A DNA stretch of 23,858 nucleotides from Rhizaria sp. SCN 62-66 (taxonomy: Eukaryota): contig MEDY01000084.1 in the NCBI GenBank assembly GCA_001724265.1, positions 62,001 through 85,858 on the forward strand, read 5' to 3'. Of this stretch, positions 1 to 12,485 are shown in pieces (within the stretch, counting starts at the first letter, position 1; each line of letters starts with the position of its first letter). The notes under the pieces were generated by a model. That model searched no databases, was not told where the DNA came from, and saw only the letters and a program-made list of their open reading frames with translations. The position numbers and the translations under genes were made by a program.

Positions 1-712
1 GGTCAACTCACAAAAAAAACTACGTGTGCGTTTACGTCACAATATCTCTCTCTGCTGCGATAAATTCGCATCCTCTTCTTGTTTGCTTCTGCTTTCGATC
101 ACAAAAGCTTTGTTCCCTCTGCACCGACGACTTTGTTTTCTCCCCGTCGGTTGTTTTGTTTCATTGTTAGCTGCTCACTGTGACTGTGTGTTGTTTTCTG
201 CCTTTTGTCGATTCACTGCTTGCTATTTGTCGCTTCTTTGTTGTTTGTTTAGATCAGAGCTGTCTTTTGTGTTCACATCATCTCGACGCGAGACAAGATC
301 AAGTTTTATTAAAATGTCATGATCAGTTTTCTTAGTTTGGAATTGCTTTTATCAATACTAATACCAAATATTTTTTTGTGAAAAAAATGCTCTGTTGACC
401 GTAAAATCTCATAACCAATCGGTGTATATCTACGACTCTTCAAATCATTTTGATGATTCCTTCTCTGTCACTTGTTGACGCTTGCATCTGTCCCCCTGAC
501 CTGGTTCCTCGCTGGCAACTGTTTTAATGTTTGTTTCACTAAATATCAATCAGCTTGTTCGACGATTCGCTTGTTTGCCTTGCTGTCCACTTGACACACG
601 CTCTTGCTTGCCTGTTTTGGCGGCGGCCTGTGTGAAGCCCAGCATCGCTTCACAAAACTTCAGACATCTTGATAGGTAAACAGTGTAACACCCTTACGTT
701 TATCTTCAACTA

Positions 713-734
713 TCTCTCTCTCTCTCTCTCTCTC
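713..734. repeat. (TC)11 microsatellite
   Basis: Perfect TC dinucleotide run read directly from the sequence. Confidence 0.9.
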
Positions 735-1567
735 TTTTCCCCTCTCGGGTGATGTATATTATTTTGTCTATTCTATTGTCTATTGTTCCTGTTACTGATG
801 CCATTAGCCTTGTTTGTGTAAAAGAGGAAGTGTCGCGACGCTTCGTATCGTAAGAGAGTCAGATATTTTAAGCATAACGCAACCATATACGTCCGTACTT
901 AGTGCTGATGCATTGCTAGAATAATAATAATACATGAATATGATTCAAAGTCTTGCCTAACAAAACACCGGTACGTACGTACACAACACCAGGCATGTTA
1001 CTCGCTCGCATGTTACCTTAGTTACTCGATCTTGCTCCTGATCTACCCCCTGTCAGCCGTTATGTTTCTTGTAGTAATCGTATCTCCTGATATTCCTTTT
1101 GATGCTAGAAATATACAGTTTACACATCATCTATTGTGTTGCTTTGATTGTTTGATTGTAAAACCCCGAAAGGCTGCAAATATTCTTGATACCGCAGTGT
1201 ATAGCTCGCTAAATCGGTTCTCAGCAGGAAAAGGCAGCTAAGAAGTCGCAATAACGAAGCCAGCGGATAAACCACGTACGAGCTCACAGTCGCTGCCCCC
1301 CTCTAAACGATGCCTCGTGATCACTCACGAGCGGAGATCGATCACCATCCATATGATGTCTACATTGATGTTAAATTCAACATCAAACTATCAACGCATG
1401 TAATAAACAACGTTAATTAAAAATAACGTATTAATATTTCCTTACCTTTGAAGATAACGATGTAAAGATCGATAATATAGTTTTTGGCTTGTTGACTGGG
1501 GAAGTTAAGCCGGCAGATTGCGGACGGCGCGAAGGGTCGCGAGTCGAGAATGTTCGGGAAAGTGGTT

Positions 1568-1938
1568 ATACTGCCGCTACCACGCACTGAATCTGTATCT
1601 GGCCAACAACTTCGATTAGAGCGCTGCATGCTGGGAATTCATTCATTTGGACACCGGTCTCTGTGCGTTTCTGTTTCACCAATGGCTGGGGGAAAGTCTC
1701 TGTGAACCCGAGAGCGAAAGGCTCACCTTTCATTAGGTTCCCTCGCGTGCGCTAACCGCTATTCGCCAAGACGTTGATTCCGCCCGCAATGGTGGGGTTT
1801 CCCGAGCGAGGTGATGCGTCGTGAGTGGTTTTTCGCAGCAAAGTTATACAGGTGCCTGCGTCTTTCGCGCCTCTCCTTGCGGGAGCCGCGTTGCGCAAAC
1901 ACACGATAGAGCTTACTCGTGCGGTGGTTTGGCAGTAT
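1568..1938 (+). ncRNA. RMRP/NME1: RNase MRP RNA
   Basis: P4 pseudoknot halves are present: CR-I GAAAGTCTCT (1692-1701) pairs, with the canonical bulged U, with CR-V AGAGCTT in ACACGATAGAGCTTACT (1901-1917). This matches the yeast MRP pattern GAAAGUCUCC/GGAGCUUACU. P1 is ATACTGCC..ACCAC.GCAC (1568-1587) with GTGC.GTGGT..GGCAGTAT (1919-1938). P2 is ATCTGTAT (1591-1598) with ATACAGGT (1846-1853), preceded by CR-IV AAGTTA. P3 is CTGGCCA (1599-1605) with TGGCTGG (1683-1689). The P8 hairpin GAGC-GAAAG-GCTC (1712-1724) carries the MRP-specific GARAR pentaloop. Confidence 0.9.
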
Positions 1939-2474
1939 TTCTTTCTAATCAAACAATCAAAGCCCATTCCCAACCTCGCCAATAGCCTCGCGTCTTCTGG
2001 TGTTTAAAAAAAGTCCTTATATCATCTTTTCTCATCAATCGAAGGCCAGTAATAAGGCCAAGCGCTCGCGCTCACATCCTCACTCGTGCACTCTCTGACG
2101 CCATCGCATGTCGCCCTAACCGGGTCGATAGCGCTGCCAGTGTGTGAATGATGAACATTAAGTTCCTCATCATCAACTCTTTGTTACTCAAGCTACAAAT
2201 CATCTGGTTGTGAGCTAGACGATGGGACTGTCCTCGTGTGCATTCACTCCTAACTCAAGCTCATATCTTGCGAGCGACATGCATGAAACATGAATCATTG
2301 TGTTGTGTATTGCACGATAGTCATAAAGTCGATGTTATTCCACATTCTAGTACTACCTCTGTATATCTCAACTCGAGGCCGTAGGTCAACAATCAATCAA
2401 CACAAACACACCCACACAAAAGTCGCAGTGCTCAACACTCATGTTCAGCACTCAGCTCAGACAACGCGTCGCAC

Positions 2475-3434
2475 TCAGACCTTGAAGATGCCGAGGCTCT
2501 TGACTGCGAAGCTCGTCACGACGCGCTTGATCATCTCGTTCGCGGCCTCCTCGCTCTGGACCGGCGCGCCTGCGGTGATGGACTCGGCGGCAAAAGCCTC
2601 AGGAACGTTGAGAATGATGAAGATGTCGGACTTGACCGCGGGCATGCGGTACGCAGCCAGGTACACGCGCAGCTTGTTCGCGGCAGACTCGCGGCCCTTA
2701 GACACTTTGCCGTGGCCGTCAGCCCAGCCAACGTACTACACACGTGGCAGCGTAAGTGGATAAGCAACGCAAGGGAGTTTGCATTATGAGCCAGAATTAA
2801 ATAGGGATGATATCGGTGCAATGTAGGCTAATTTGGATAAAACAAAATTTTACGATAGAAACGCGGAAGATGTTATAAAAAACGTTACGAATTTTCTTAG
2901 AGATTATATATAGCTGGGATATCTTGCGTGGAACGTACTGCCATGCATTTGGGGTCAAAGTTAGGCAGATCGGCGGCAGTCAGGAAGCCGGAAGACACGA
3001 GAGTGGGCTCCTCAGCATCCTGGTCACGCATAAGGTCCGTCCAGAAGTACGGCGCGGACTCCTCGTCCGTCTTGGAGACGTACTTATTGATTTCGACCAC
3101 GATGCTCTGGTCAACATCAGTGTCAGCGTAGACCTAAGAGCGGAAACAACCAAAGTCGATATGGAAACAAAATGTGAGCCCGAGTAAGTCTAACACTGTC
3201 AAACTGTTACCAATGTAATATATATCATAATATCTCAAAAGCGTGCGAAACTTGAATCATCCTGAGTCTCTGGAGCAAGAATAGTTTGGATATCATAAGG
3301 GCGTGACAATTGGTACGGACCTCCTGGTGGTTAGGCACATCACGGTACTGGCTGATGTCGTAGAAGCGCTCGGGGACCTCCAGCGTAAAGGCGCCACCGT
3401 AGAGCTCAACAGTCTTCCACTTCTCCTCACTCAT
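2475..3434 (-). CDS. MOG1: Mog1/PsbP-like Ran guanine nucleotide release factor, 189 aa; exons 3434-3321, 3133-2939, 2735-2475
   Basis: The joined protein reads MSEEKWKTVELYGGAFTLEVPERFYDISQYRDVPNHQE|VYADTDVDQSIVVEI...|...LRVYLAAYRMPAVKSDIFIILNVP...IFKV*. It has the Mog1 motifs LYGGA, D.S..R.VP.HQEV and DQSI.VE. Both introns are phase 0 GT..AG, and the stop is TGA. Confidence 0.9.
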
Positions 3435-4150
3435 AGTCGGTTTAGGGTGCTGGGGATGCGGGCAAGGGGCAGGGCAAGTTGGGTCATCGCGATTCAAGTG
3501 GATGCCATGTGAGTGGATCTGACATGACAGTTTCAGTGAAACAGAGTGATAAATAACACAAAATATAACCCATCATCTAGCATCCCTGGTGGTGCTCGTA
3601 ACATTCGCTCTTTACGGATATGTTCGAAGATCTCTAGATTCCCAATTTGGTTCGCGAGTCTCACTTCACTTTGGTCGGCTGGCAACTTTTTCAGAACCGG
3701 CCTCTAGATGACTGCAAACACTTGGGAAAACCAAGAGATATCGCGATACACCTCCGAAATCAGGGTGTGTTTACGATTTTTTGGGGTGATTTTATGTGTG
3801 TTCTACGATATATGTATTAAGCACAACTCAGATCAGCTATCTTGATGGCGGATCGCCTCTCGCCAGCACGCGTGGCAGGCTCGCAAACAAGTCGACGTCG
3901 CATCCACTCAAATCTCTCTGGCTCACGACTTCAATCGCTCATCCTATTCCTTCTGCCCTTGTACCCTGTACTCCAGGAGGTTTTCTTTTCTGAAATTCTC
4001 CGCATATTTGCGCAAGACCTCGTCTTGCCCCTTTAACCCCAGCGCCAGCGCAAGCACCCCCACGCTCGCCCCAGCCGTCGCTGTCGCTCCTACCACCGCA
4101 GTCTCCGCCTCCGTCCCCGCTCCGCCTTCGTCTTCGCGCCTCCTGCGCCG

Positions 4151-4300
4151 ATGTCGCGCAACTTTACCGGGCGCGGCTCCCCCGCGCTGGGCCCTCTGTC
4201 AGGCTACCAGCGTCCCTCTGCCGCCGCCGCCGCCAATCAGCAGTTCCGTCCCCCGGACCTGGCCCGCGCCGGCACGCTCTCACAGCTCCTGCCCCAACAG

Positions 4301-4331
<31 letters not shown>

Positions 4332-7300
4332 CCGCGCTGATGCAGCAGCAGTCGCTTGGCGTTAGCAGCATGCAGAACTCCTCCACCTTCTCAGCATCAT
4401 CATCATCGCAGCAACTGCAGCACCAGCAGCAGCACCAGCAGCTTCCCCCGTCTCTGTCCGCCCTCGGCCCCGCTCCCCTGACCACGAGCACCAGCAGCCT
4501 GCCCATCGGCGCCAGTCCCAGCGCCGGCGGTCCCGGCGACTCGACTTACCGCGCCTTCCACTTCGGCGCCGTCACCGACGATAAGAAGGGCCGGATTGCG
4601 TGCGTTGACACGGCGGGCGACCACGTACTCTGCGGCCTCACCGACGGCTCCCTCGTCTGGTACGAGACGGACGAGGACCGCGTCGTGTTCCGCGCGCGCT
4701 ACAACAAACCCATCGCCGCCAAGGCCATCGACCAACTCTACGCCGTTGACAACATCCTCCTCGCGCTCTCAGGCGGCGTCGTCCGCGCGCACGAGCTTCC
4801 GTCGCTGCGCGCGCTCGACGAGCTCGACGCCGCGAAGGGCGCGTACCTGTTCTCGGCGTCAAAGGGACGCGTGCCCGCGCCCGGAGTCGCGCTTGCAGCG
4901 GCGCCGCTGTACCTCGCGGTCGCAGTCAAGAAGCGCCCCATTCAGGTACGACCAACGACATGTAACATTGCAGTGTCATATATCGTTCTTTTTCATCAAA
5001 ACTTAAAATTATTGTATACTTTAATCTCATATTATTTTGTTTCATTCTTCTTGTTCTGTAACTCTGTTTTGTTCCTAGATTTTCGTGTTTGACGCGCAGT
5101 CCGGCCGCTTCCGCCTGCGGTCAGAGATCGCGTTCGCGGAGACCGTCAAGCAGATGGAGTGGTTCCCCATTCTTGCCAGCGCTGCCAACGCGATGCCGGC
5201 CGCGAACGCACTTACCGGTCCCGGAGCACATGCCGATTCCTCGCCTCCATTGGGCCCCGCTGGCGCTGGAGCTGGGAGTAGCTCGCGTGCTCAGCATATG
5301 CCGCCCGCGTTGCACCGCGGCCTCACCGCCGACCACGGCGACAACAACGATGATAACATCGACTACGAGTACAGCATGAGCGGCAGCGGCGCGCCTGAGA
5401 CCCCCGGATCAACCCACCGCAGTTTCGGGTTTAACAACAACAACAGCAGCAGCGGTGGCAGCGGACGCGGCGCGTCTGGTGCGATCCGCATGCCTCCGCC
5501 ACGGCTCGCCGGCGCGGGCGCAATCGTCACCACGACTGCCAGCTCCACCTCAGTCTCCAACGCCAGCGCCAACGCCGCCGGTGTGCCGAATGCGGGGGTC
5601 GTGGGCAGCGCCGGGTCCACGGCCGGCATGGGTTCGCTGGGCTCGGTCGGGTCCGCGGGGGTGGATTTCCGCTCGCACCCGACCTACGACCCCACGGCGT
5701 CGCCGGTGTTCACTCCGCTGCTTTCCTCGCCGTCGCCGCTCACGCGCGGTCTCGGGCCCGGCAGTCTCGGCAGCAACAACAACAGCTCCGCGAGTGCGAG
5801 CGCGAGCAATGTTCGTGGCAAGAGCTCGCGGGCGGGCGGCGGCGGCCTGGATCTCGCCTCACCCGCGGCCACTGCTTTCCAAAACAGCTCTAACTCTAGC
5901 TCTAGTTCTAGTAGCTCTGGCGCGAACCCGCTTCTCGCGTCGCTGCAGTCACCTACTCTGCTTCTCACCACCAAATCCGGCGTTTTCGTCGTCAACGTCC
6001 TCTCGGGCCAAATCACGCCCGTCGCGCTCCCCGCGCTGCCCGCTGTCGGCAAGACCAAGAGCAAGGACCGCGAAACCCCCTCCGCGGTCTGCCAACTACC
6101 CCACGGCGCGCTGCTCGTCTTCAAAGACACGGTCGGTTTCGCGGTGGGCGCCACCGGCGGGCCCGTGTCGGTGTCCTTCCTCGACTCGCCGGCGTCGCCG
6201 ACGTTCCTTGAGGCCGTGTCGTCGGGCCGGCTCGTTGCTCACCACTCGCCCAGTCTGTCGCCGCAAGTCGCGGCCACGGCGCTGGCGGGCCGCGGGATGT
6301 CGCCGCTGCGGCCGAGCTTCCTCGGCGGGCTGGCCGGCGCTCCCATCTCCTCACTGTCGCAACACGGCAGCAGTAGCCAGCACAGCGCGAGCGGCAGCGG
6401 CGCGCAGCAGCATTACCACCAGTACCAGCAGCAGCCCCCGGCGCAGTCGCATTGGCAAGCTCCGTCGTCCAGCGTGAGCGGGTTGCCTGGCGCGGCGATG
6501 GTGGCCTCGGTAGCCGCTGCGCCGTCGTTCGTGTCGTTCGTCGAGGTCTCTGAGGTGCCCGTTGCGGTGGGGTACTTACACCCCTACTTAGTCGCGCTTT
6601 TGCCCACGTGTGTGCAGGTGCGCAATGTCATGAGCAACACACTCGTTCAGGTACGCAAAAAATCTTACAGCATTCGAGTGCAATAACAAAACGACACACG
6701 CATGTTTTTCTGCTTGATTCATATTTTAATTCGACTTATATCTCACCACAACATCATTTTACGGATTTTTTAACTTCGATTTATTTAGGTCACGCCGTTT
6801 AAGGGCGGCATCTCCGGCGTGTTCAAGCGCGTCCCCTACGTCGCCTCGCCCACCGAACTGCGCGTGCTCGCCCCCACCTCGATCCACGCCCAGGTCAAGG
6901 CCCTGTTGAAGCGCGACATGCACCTGCAGGCCCTCGCGCTAATCGAGCAGTCCACGTCCGCACAGTGGCCGCGCGAGGCTGACCGCGCCCGCAAGATCGC
7001 CGAAATCTCCCTCCAACACGCCTACCACCTCTTCCTCTCGGGCGAGTTCGACCAAGCGCTAATGCAGTTCCAGCTTCTTCGCGTCGACCCGCGGCTCGTG
7101 CTCGCGCTCTTCCCGGCCCTTCTCCCGCCGCGGCTGCAGCTACGCGTGGCGCATCCCGTCCCCGTGCCTGCGGTGCCCGTCGCGCCCGAGGACGAACCCC
7201 GCGCGCTCGCCGCGTTGGTCCCCTATCTCGCGTCTGTCCGTGCCGCACTGACCCGCCTCGTTGCCGCCGCGCGCCGCCGCCGCGGTCGTGGTGGCGGCGG

Positions 7301-10300
7301 CGCTGGTGCTGGTACTGGCGCTGGCGCTGGGACGGCGCTGCGCCGCGCGCCGCACTCAGCGGGCGGCCTCCATAATACAGTGGCGGGGGTCGACGTGGGC
7401 GGCGCAGACGCGGAGACGCAGGCGCAGGTCGAGCGCGGCCGCGGGCTCGCCGCAGCGCTGGCCGTGGCGTCAGCCTCGCCCCGATCGCTAGCGGGCGCGC
7501 GCGGACGCGGGCTGCCGCCTCCGCTCTCCAACACTAACGCGAACTCCAACGCTACTGCGGAGGCGGAGGAAGGCGCGGGCGGTTTCTTGCTCGGCACCCC
7601 CGCCGGGGCCACTGCATTCGGCGGCGGCAGCGCTGCCAACGGCAACAACGCGGGCGGCAGCAGCTTCCGCGGTGCGCTGATCATCGAGGACTATGCAGCC
7701 GACAGTGAGGCGGCCACCGCGGCCCGCAGCCGTGGCAACAGCCGGTCTGCCGGCGACGCCGCTCTGCCCGTCACAGACGGCAACAATGACGGCAACGATG
7801 ATGACAACGATGACGACGATGATGATGATGAGCAGGAACAGGCAAGCACCCCCCGTTCCTTCACGCAGTCTCTGCTTGATCAGCGTCTCTCCGGCCTTGC
7901 GTCGTCGGCGCGCCCCGCACATTCCGCATCCAACTCCGGCGCTGCTGCTGGCCAGCTGCAGGGTCCGCCGTCCCCGCGCTCGCACTCGCCCTCCGCTCCC
8001 TCCGCCGGTAGCTCAAGCGCAGTGTCAGTGTCGACCGCGAACGCGACCGCGAGTGCGGGGGCCGGTGCGGGCCCTCGTGGAGCGCAATACCAGAAGCACC
8101 CCCTGGTCTCGGGCGACCGCGTGCGCATCTCGAACCTTGCTTCGGCGCTGCTGCACAAGGTCCAGCGGGGCACTCCCGGCGCCGCCGCCGCAGCCGCAGC
8201 CGCCGGTGGCGCCGCGGGCGCGGGCGCGGGCGTGCCCGGCGCAGGCGCTGCTGGTGCAGTTACGGCTGGCCTCGCGCTCTTTGACCCCGCCGTCGGCCTC
8301 GGCGCGCCCGCGCTTGACTTGGAACTGCTGGTGCTTGTCGACACCGTGCTGCTGCGCGTCTACCTCGCGATCAACCCCCACGCGCTGCTCGGCTTTGTCC
8401 AGGCACCGCAGCGATGCGACATCACCGTCGCTGCCGCCGCGCTGGGCGCCGCGGGCCGCCACGCCGAGCTCGTCGCGCTCTACCGGTCCCGCGGGCTACA
8501 TGTCGAGGCGCTCGAGCTGCTTCGCGCGCTCTCCGGACTCTCCACTCAAAACACCGCCAACATGGGCTCTAACAGCAGCGCCAACGGCTCTGCGGCCAAC
8601 GCGGGCGCGACTGCGGGCACGGCGGCCGCGGCCGCGGCGGCCGCGGCGGTGGTCGCCGCGTCGGGCGGACTCGCGGCCGTCCCGCGCGCGCTGCAAGGCG
8701 TATCGGCGACAGTGTCGTATCTCAACGCGCTGCTGAACCGGACGCCGCTGGACGCGGCGACGGTGGAGCTGGTGCTGGCCCAATCCCACTGGGTCCTGGC
8801 GCTCGAGGGATCGGACGATGCGCTGGACATCTTTCTCCCCATAGGTCCGGCTGCTGTGGTGTTTAACTCCGACGATGACGACGAGGACGACGACGAGGAC
8901 GACGACGACGAGGACGACAACGACGACGGCGCTGGCCCTGATGGCAACGGAGACGACGACGACGGCGACGACGGCGCTAGCGACGGCGACGACAACGACG
9001 ACAAGCAACAGCAGGGCGCAGATAGCAACGGCACCGGAGAGAACAAAGACAAAGCTCTCGTTGTCGTCGACCCCGACGCTGCTGCCGCCCGGCGCGCCCG
9101 CCAGCGCCGCCGCCGCCGCCGCGCCCGCGCCCGCGCCAACCGCGACCGCTCTCGTTTTTCATGCCAGTCGCAGTCTCAGTCTGCGACGGGCACGATTACG
9201 TATCCCGCGCCGCTTGCGCTGCAAGTGCTGGCGCACCTCCGCGCGCACTGCGACCCGTCGGTCGGCACGCGGTTCCTCGCCCAACTCATCGCCACCGGCG
9301 CCGCGGCCCCCGCGCTGCACAACGAGTACGCCGAGCTCTGTCTGCGCGAGATGGCCGCCGAGGCGCGCGCCGCCGGGCTGCCAGACGCGCTCGACTGGTA
9401 CGACACGGGCGCGCTCCCCGCGGGCGCCGGCGCTGCCAATGCTGCGAACAGGATCACGACGCTGACGGCAATCTCGGCGGGCGACGCCGACGCGGACCCC
9501 GACGCCGAGGCCGAGCTGCCTGACAACGCCGCGGTGGGCCGCGCGCGCCGCGTATCGGGCGCCGTCTCCGCCTCCGCCGTGCCGCCGCGGCTGGCGCTCG
9601 TGTACCAGGACTTGCTCTCGTTCCTCGCTGCTCCGGGCTCGCGGTACGCGCCAGAACTGCTGCTGTCACGGCTGCCGGCCGCGGGCGGGCTGCTCGAGGC
9701 GCGCGTGCTGCTGCTCGCGCGACTGGAGCGGCACGCCGACGTCGTCTCCACGCTCATCTCGCTGGGCCGACTCGCGCGCGCTGAGCAGTACTGCGACGCC
9801 GTGTTCACGCGAATCGGCGAAGGCGGTGCGCAGGTCTACTACCAACTGCTCGACCTGTACTTGGGGGCCGCGGGCGCCGCCGGGGCCGCCGCGGGGCCCG
9901 CGGGCGCGGCGGCGGCGCAGCAGGGGCTCGACGCGGCTCTGCGTCTGCTGAGCCGCTGCCACGACCGACTGGATCTCGCCCGTGTCGTCGCGTTGCTGCC
10001 TGTCGCGACGCCAATCCACCTGCTGGAGCCGTTCCTCATCCGCGTCGTGTCGGGCTCGCTCCACCGGCTGCGCTCGCAGCGTGTCGCCAAGAGCTTGCTG
10101 CGCGCAGAGCACTTGCAGGTGCAGGCCGAGCTCTGCGCAGAGAGCCAGACCCGCGTCGTGATTGACCGCGACACCGTGTGCCATGCGTGCGGGAAGAAGG
10201 TTGGCCTCGCTGCGTTCGCGCTGTCGCCGGAGAAGAGGGTGTTCCACTATGTGTGCTACCGCGCGCCCACCGGTGCCGCAGGCGCACCAGAGAACGTCTG

Positions 10301-10301
10301 A
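4151..10301 (+). CDS. VPS39: Vps39/Vam6-TGFBRAP1 family HOPS/CORVET subunit, about 1959 aa; exons 4151-4945, 5079-6650, 6789-10301
   Basis: CNH beta-propeller-like segments (CGLTDGSLVWY, LAVAVKKRPIQ, HPYLVALLP..VQVR) are followed by QV..LL....QAL.L and AYHLFLSGEFDQA. A Vps39_1-like region (VDTVLLRVYL...ELVALYRSRGLHVEALELL) and a clathrin-repeat-like region (ARVLLLARLERHADV, AEQYC) come next. The C-terminus is Vps39_2 with a zinc finger (CHACGKKVG...FHYVC). There are two in-frame phase-0 GTACG..TAG introns, and the stop is TGA. Vps39 versus TGFBRAP1/Vps3 orthology is not resolved. Confidence 0.88.
4295..4330 (+). repeat. CAG/CAA trinucleotide run encoding Q12 in the Vps39 N-terminus
   Basis: Read directly from the sequence. 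Confidence 0.85.
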
Positions 10302-10956
10302 GTGGAACGCGCGACCGCCAGTGACGGCTTTTAACATCATGTGACGAGACGCGAATGTGGAGCGTTGTGTCAGCACGTCAGTCAATGGTGTATATGCACT
10401 TCTGATGTGTTTTACTCTTAAAGCTTATGTATTTTGTTGTTAAACGGCATGCACTCTGATTGAATCGTATGAAAGGAATACACAGACTGTTTTACTGCGA
10501 AGTTCTCACTGATATTCTAGCTTTTTGCCAAAAGGATGTTACGAAATGAAGAGTTTATTTGTATTCTCTTGTAACGTATTGACGGCTGTACACATGAATG
10601 CATGCGAGACTAGAGCAGTAATAGTTAAATGAATTTGACTATGTAACGAAAGCATTGACCACTTATATAAAGTGTAACACTAATAAACACTGATAAGCCA
10701 TTTAACTGCCAGCATCAACAATCATGCTGGCAGTCGCGCTCCTAAGAATGTGTGTCGAAGCGGTATGCCCATTCTTGAGGGGACTTAGTCACTCACTCTG
10801 CATCACTCTTGTCTTGCAGCAGTGGCTTCCTCTGTACAGCTGCCTGTTTCGATCGAGATAAAGAGCACTCGCTCATTCGCAAGGATACCCTTGATGTCTC
10901 ACTCTCGAGAGGGGCTGACTAAAATCGCGATTCGCTGTCCATGCATCATATCTCAC

Positions 10957-11912
10957 TCACTCAAGCAGACGCACTTGCCCCTGCTCTACGAGGTGTGTGA
11001 GCGCGCTGTACGGAAGAGCAATGACTTCGCCACTGGAGAACGTGAGTGCACTGGGGCCGTCACCGAACGAGATCGTGTCGGCAGTGATCAAACCAAACAC
11101 AATCTCTGTGACATATGGACAACAGCAAGCAAAGCAGAAACAATAAGCAAAAGATTAAATTTGGGGAAAATAAATAGTGAGCAGGTGTTGCAGAAAAGTA
11201 TCGAGATAAAAGCTAATGCGAATCTTCCTACTCAGAGCTAGCGCATAATACTTCAGTATAAGTAGCGGTAGAAGAAGGCAGACAAGAACTCCAACGTACG
11301 CTGCATATTCGGCGCGTCATCGACCTCCTCAAGCGTGGCAAAACGCTTCGGCATCTCGCCCAACACAGTCCTCGTGAGCCTGCGCATGACCACTTCGTCG
11401 AAGAACCTCTGCGCAAACGCGCGCTCGGGACCCGATAGGCGGTCGAACATCGCGGGGGGCGTCTCGGGCGTGCCCATGAGGAAGAAAATGTGCGCCTGGA
11501 TCTTACCCAGCCGCGCGCGGAGGTACGCTTTGAGGACGTAGATGGTGCGCTGCAGGTCCAGGTCACGCAGCTCGTCCACGGGCTCTGGGAGCTCGGTCAG
11601 CGACGCGTCGTCGAGTCGGGTTTGAGTGCGCTCGATCGCGGCCGTCGTGTACGCCACGGCGGCGGCCTCGTAGGGCAGAAGCTCGGGCGCAGCGAGCTCG
11701 TGCAGCCACGCCGCGCGCAGCGTCTGCAGGTGCTGACGCGCGGCGGCCGCGGAGGCGGAGGCCGAGGCGGCGGCGCCGAGGCCGTAGCCGCTGCTGTCTG
11801 TCGCGTGGCCATGGTGATGGCCGTCGAAGTCACGCTGGGAGGACGGGTAGTGGTCGTGGCCGTAGCCCGAGGACTGGGAGTGCGCGTGGTTGTCGGAAGG
11901 GTAGTCGGACAT
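10957..11912 (-). CDS. SLD5: GINS complex subunit Sld5 (GINS4), 253 aa; exons 11912-11300, 11105-10957
   Basis: Contains AWLHELAAPELLPY, LDLQRTIYVLKAYLRARLGKI and RLSGPERAFA. A phase-1 intron (GTACGT..CAG) gives PNMQ-QIVFGL, matching Sld5 PNLDSYVF. The C-terminal B domain reads GEVIALPYSALTHLVEQGQVRLLE*, with stop TGA. Confidence 0.92.
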
Positions 11913-12485
11913 GCGGTGCCCTCCACTTGCTCCTGCTTGCTGCGGGGATGCCTTTCTGTTTGTTGCTCGGACGCTTTGCCGTGAAGAGTTGCCGGGTGCT
12001 CAACGTATCTGGGCGTGCTAAAAGAGTAGTCTTTATGGACAGTAGGAGGATATCATATCAAATAAGGGTTCGAGTGAGATAGAGCTTGAAGAAGGAGAAA
12101 GTGTGACACTCCCAAGCAGGCTGTCAAGTCACCTCAACAGTTTTGAAAATACCGACGAGACAATCGCAGTCTGAGGAAGCGCTAAAACGATTCCGGGTAG
12201 TTGATTATAACTCACAGCGAAAAATAGAGTTCATGTACATATCTACGAGAAAACTGAGGCAGGGGTCTTCAGCGAAAGTGGCAGACTTGGAGGCGCGAAG
12301 CGTAGGCTGATTTTTGCGATCCAACTTGCTTGCTGTCGCTCGACTGACCGTTGAGCTAACTTTGACACAGGTTTAATGTGTGCAGACTCCGTCGAATAGC
12401 AATGCAAGACTTGATTCCGCGTTTCAAATTTTCTGAACTAATAGGGCATTCTTTTATACTTCTTACACTACTGATCTTCACGCAG

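Noticed and set aside
684-693. TGTAACACCC resembling an LTR terminus
   Set aside because: No second LTR, primer-binding site or gag/pol remnant could be identified.
2143-2247. ATGATGA C-box-like motif with short terminal complementarity (C/D snoRNA?)
   Set aside because: No suitably placed CTGA D box and no recognisable rRNA guide.
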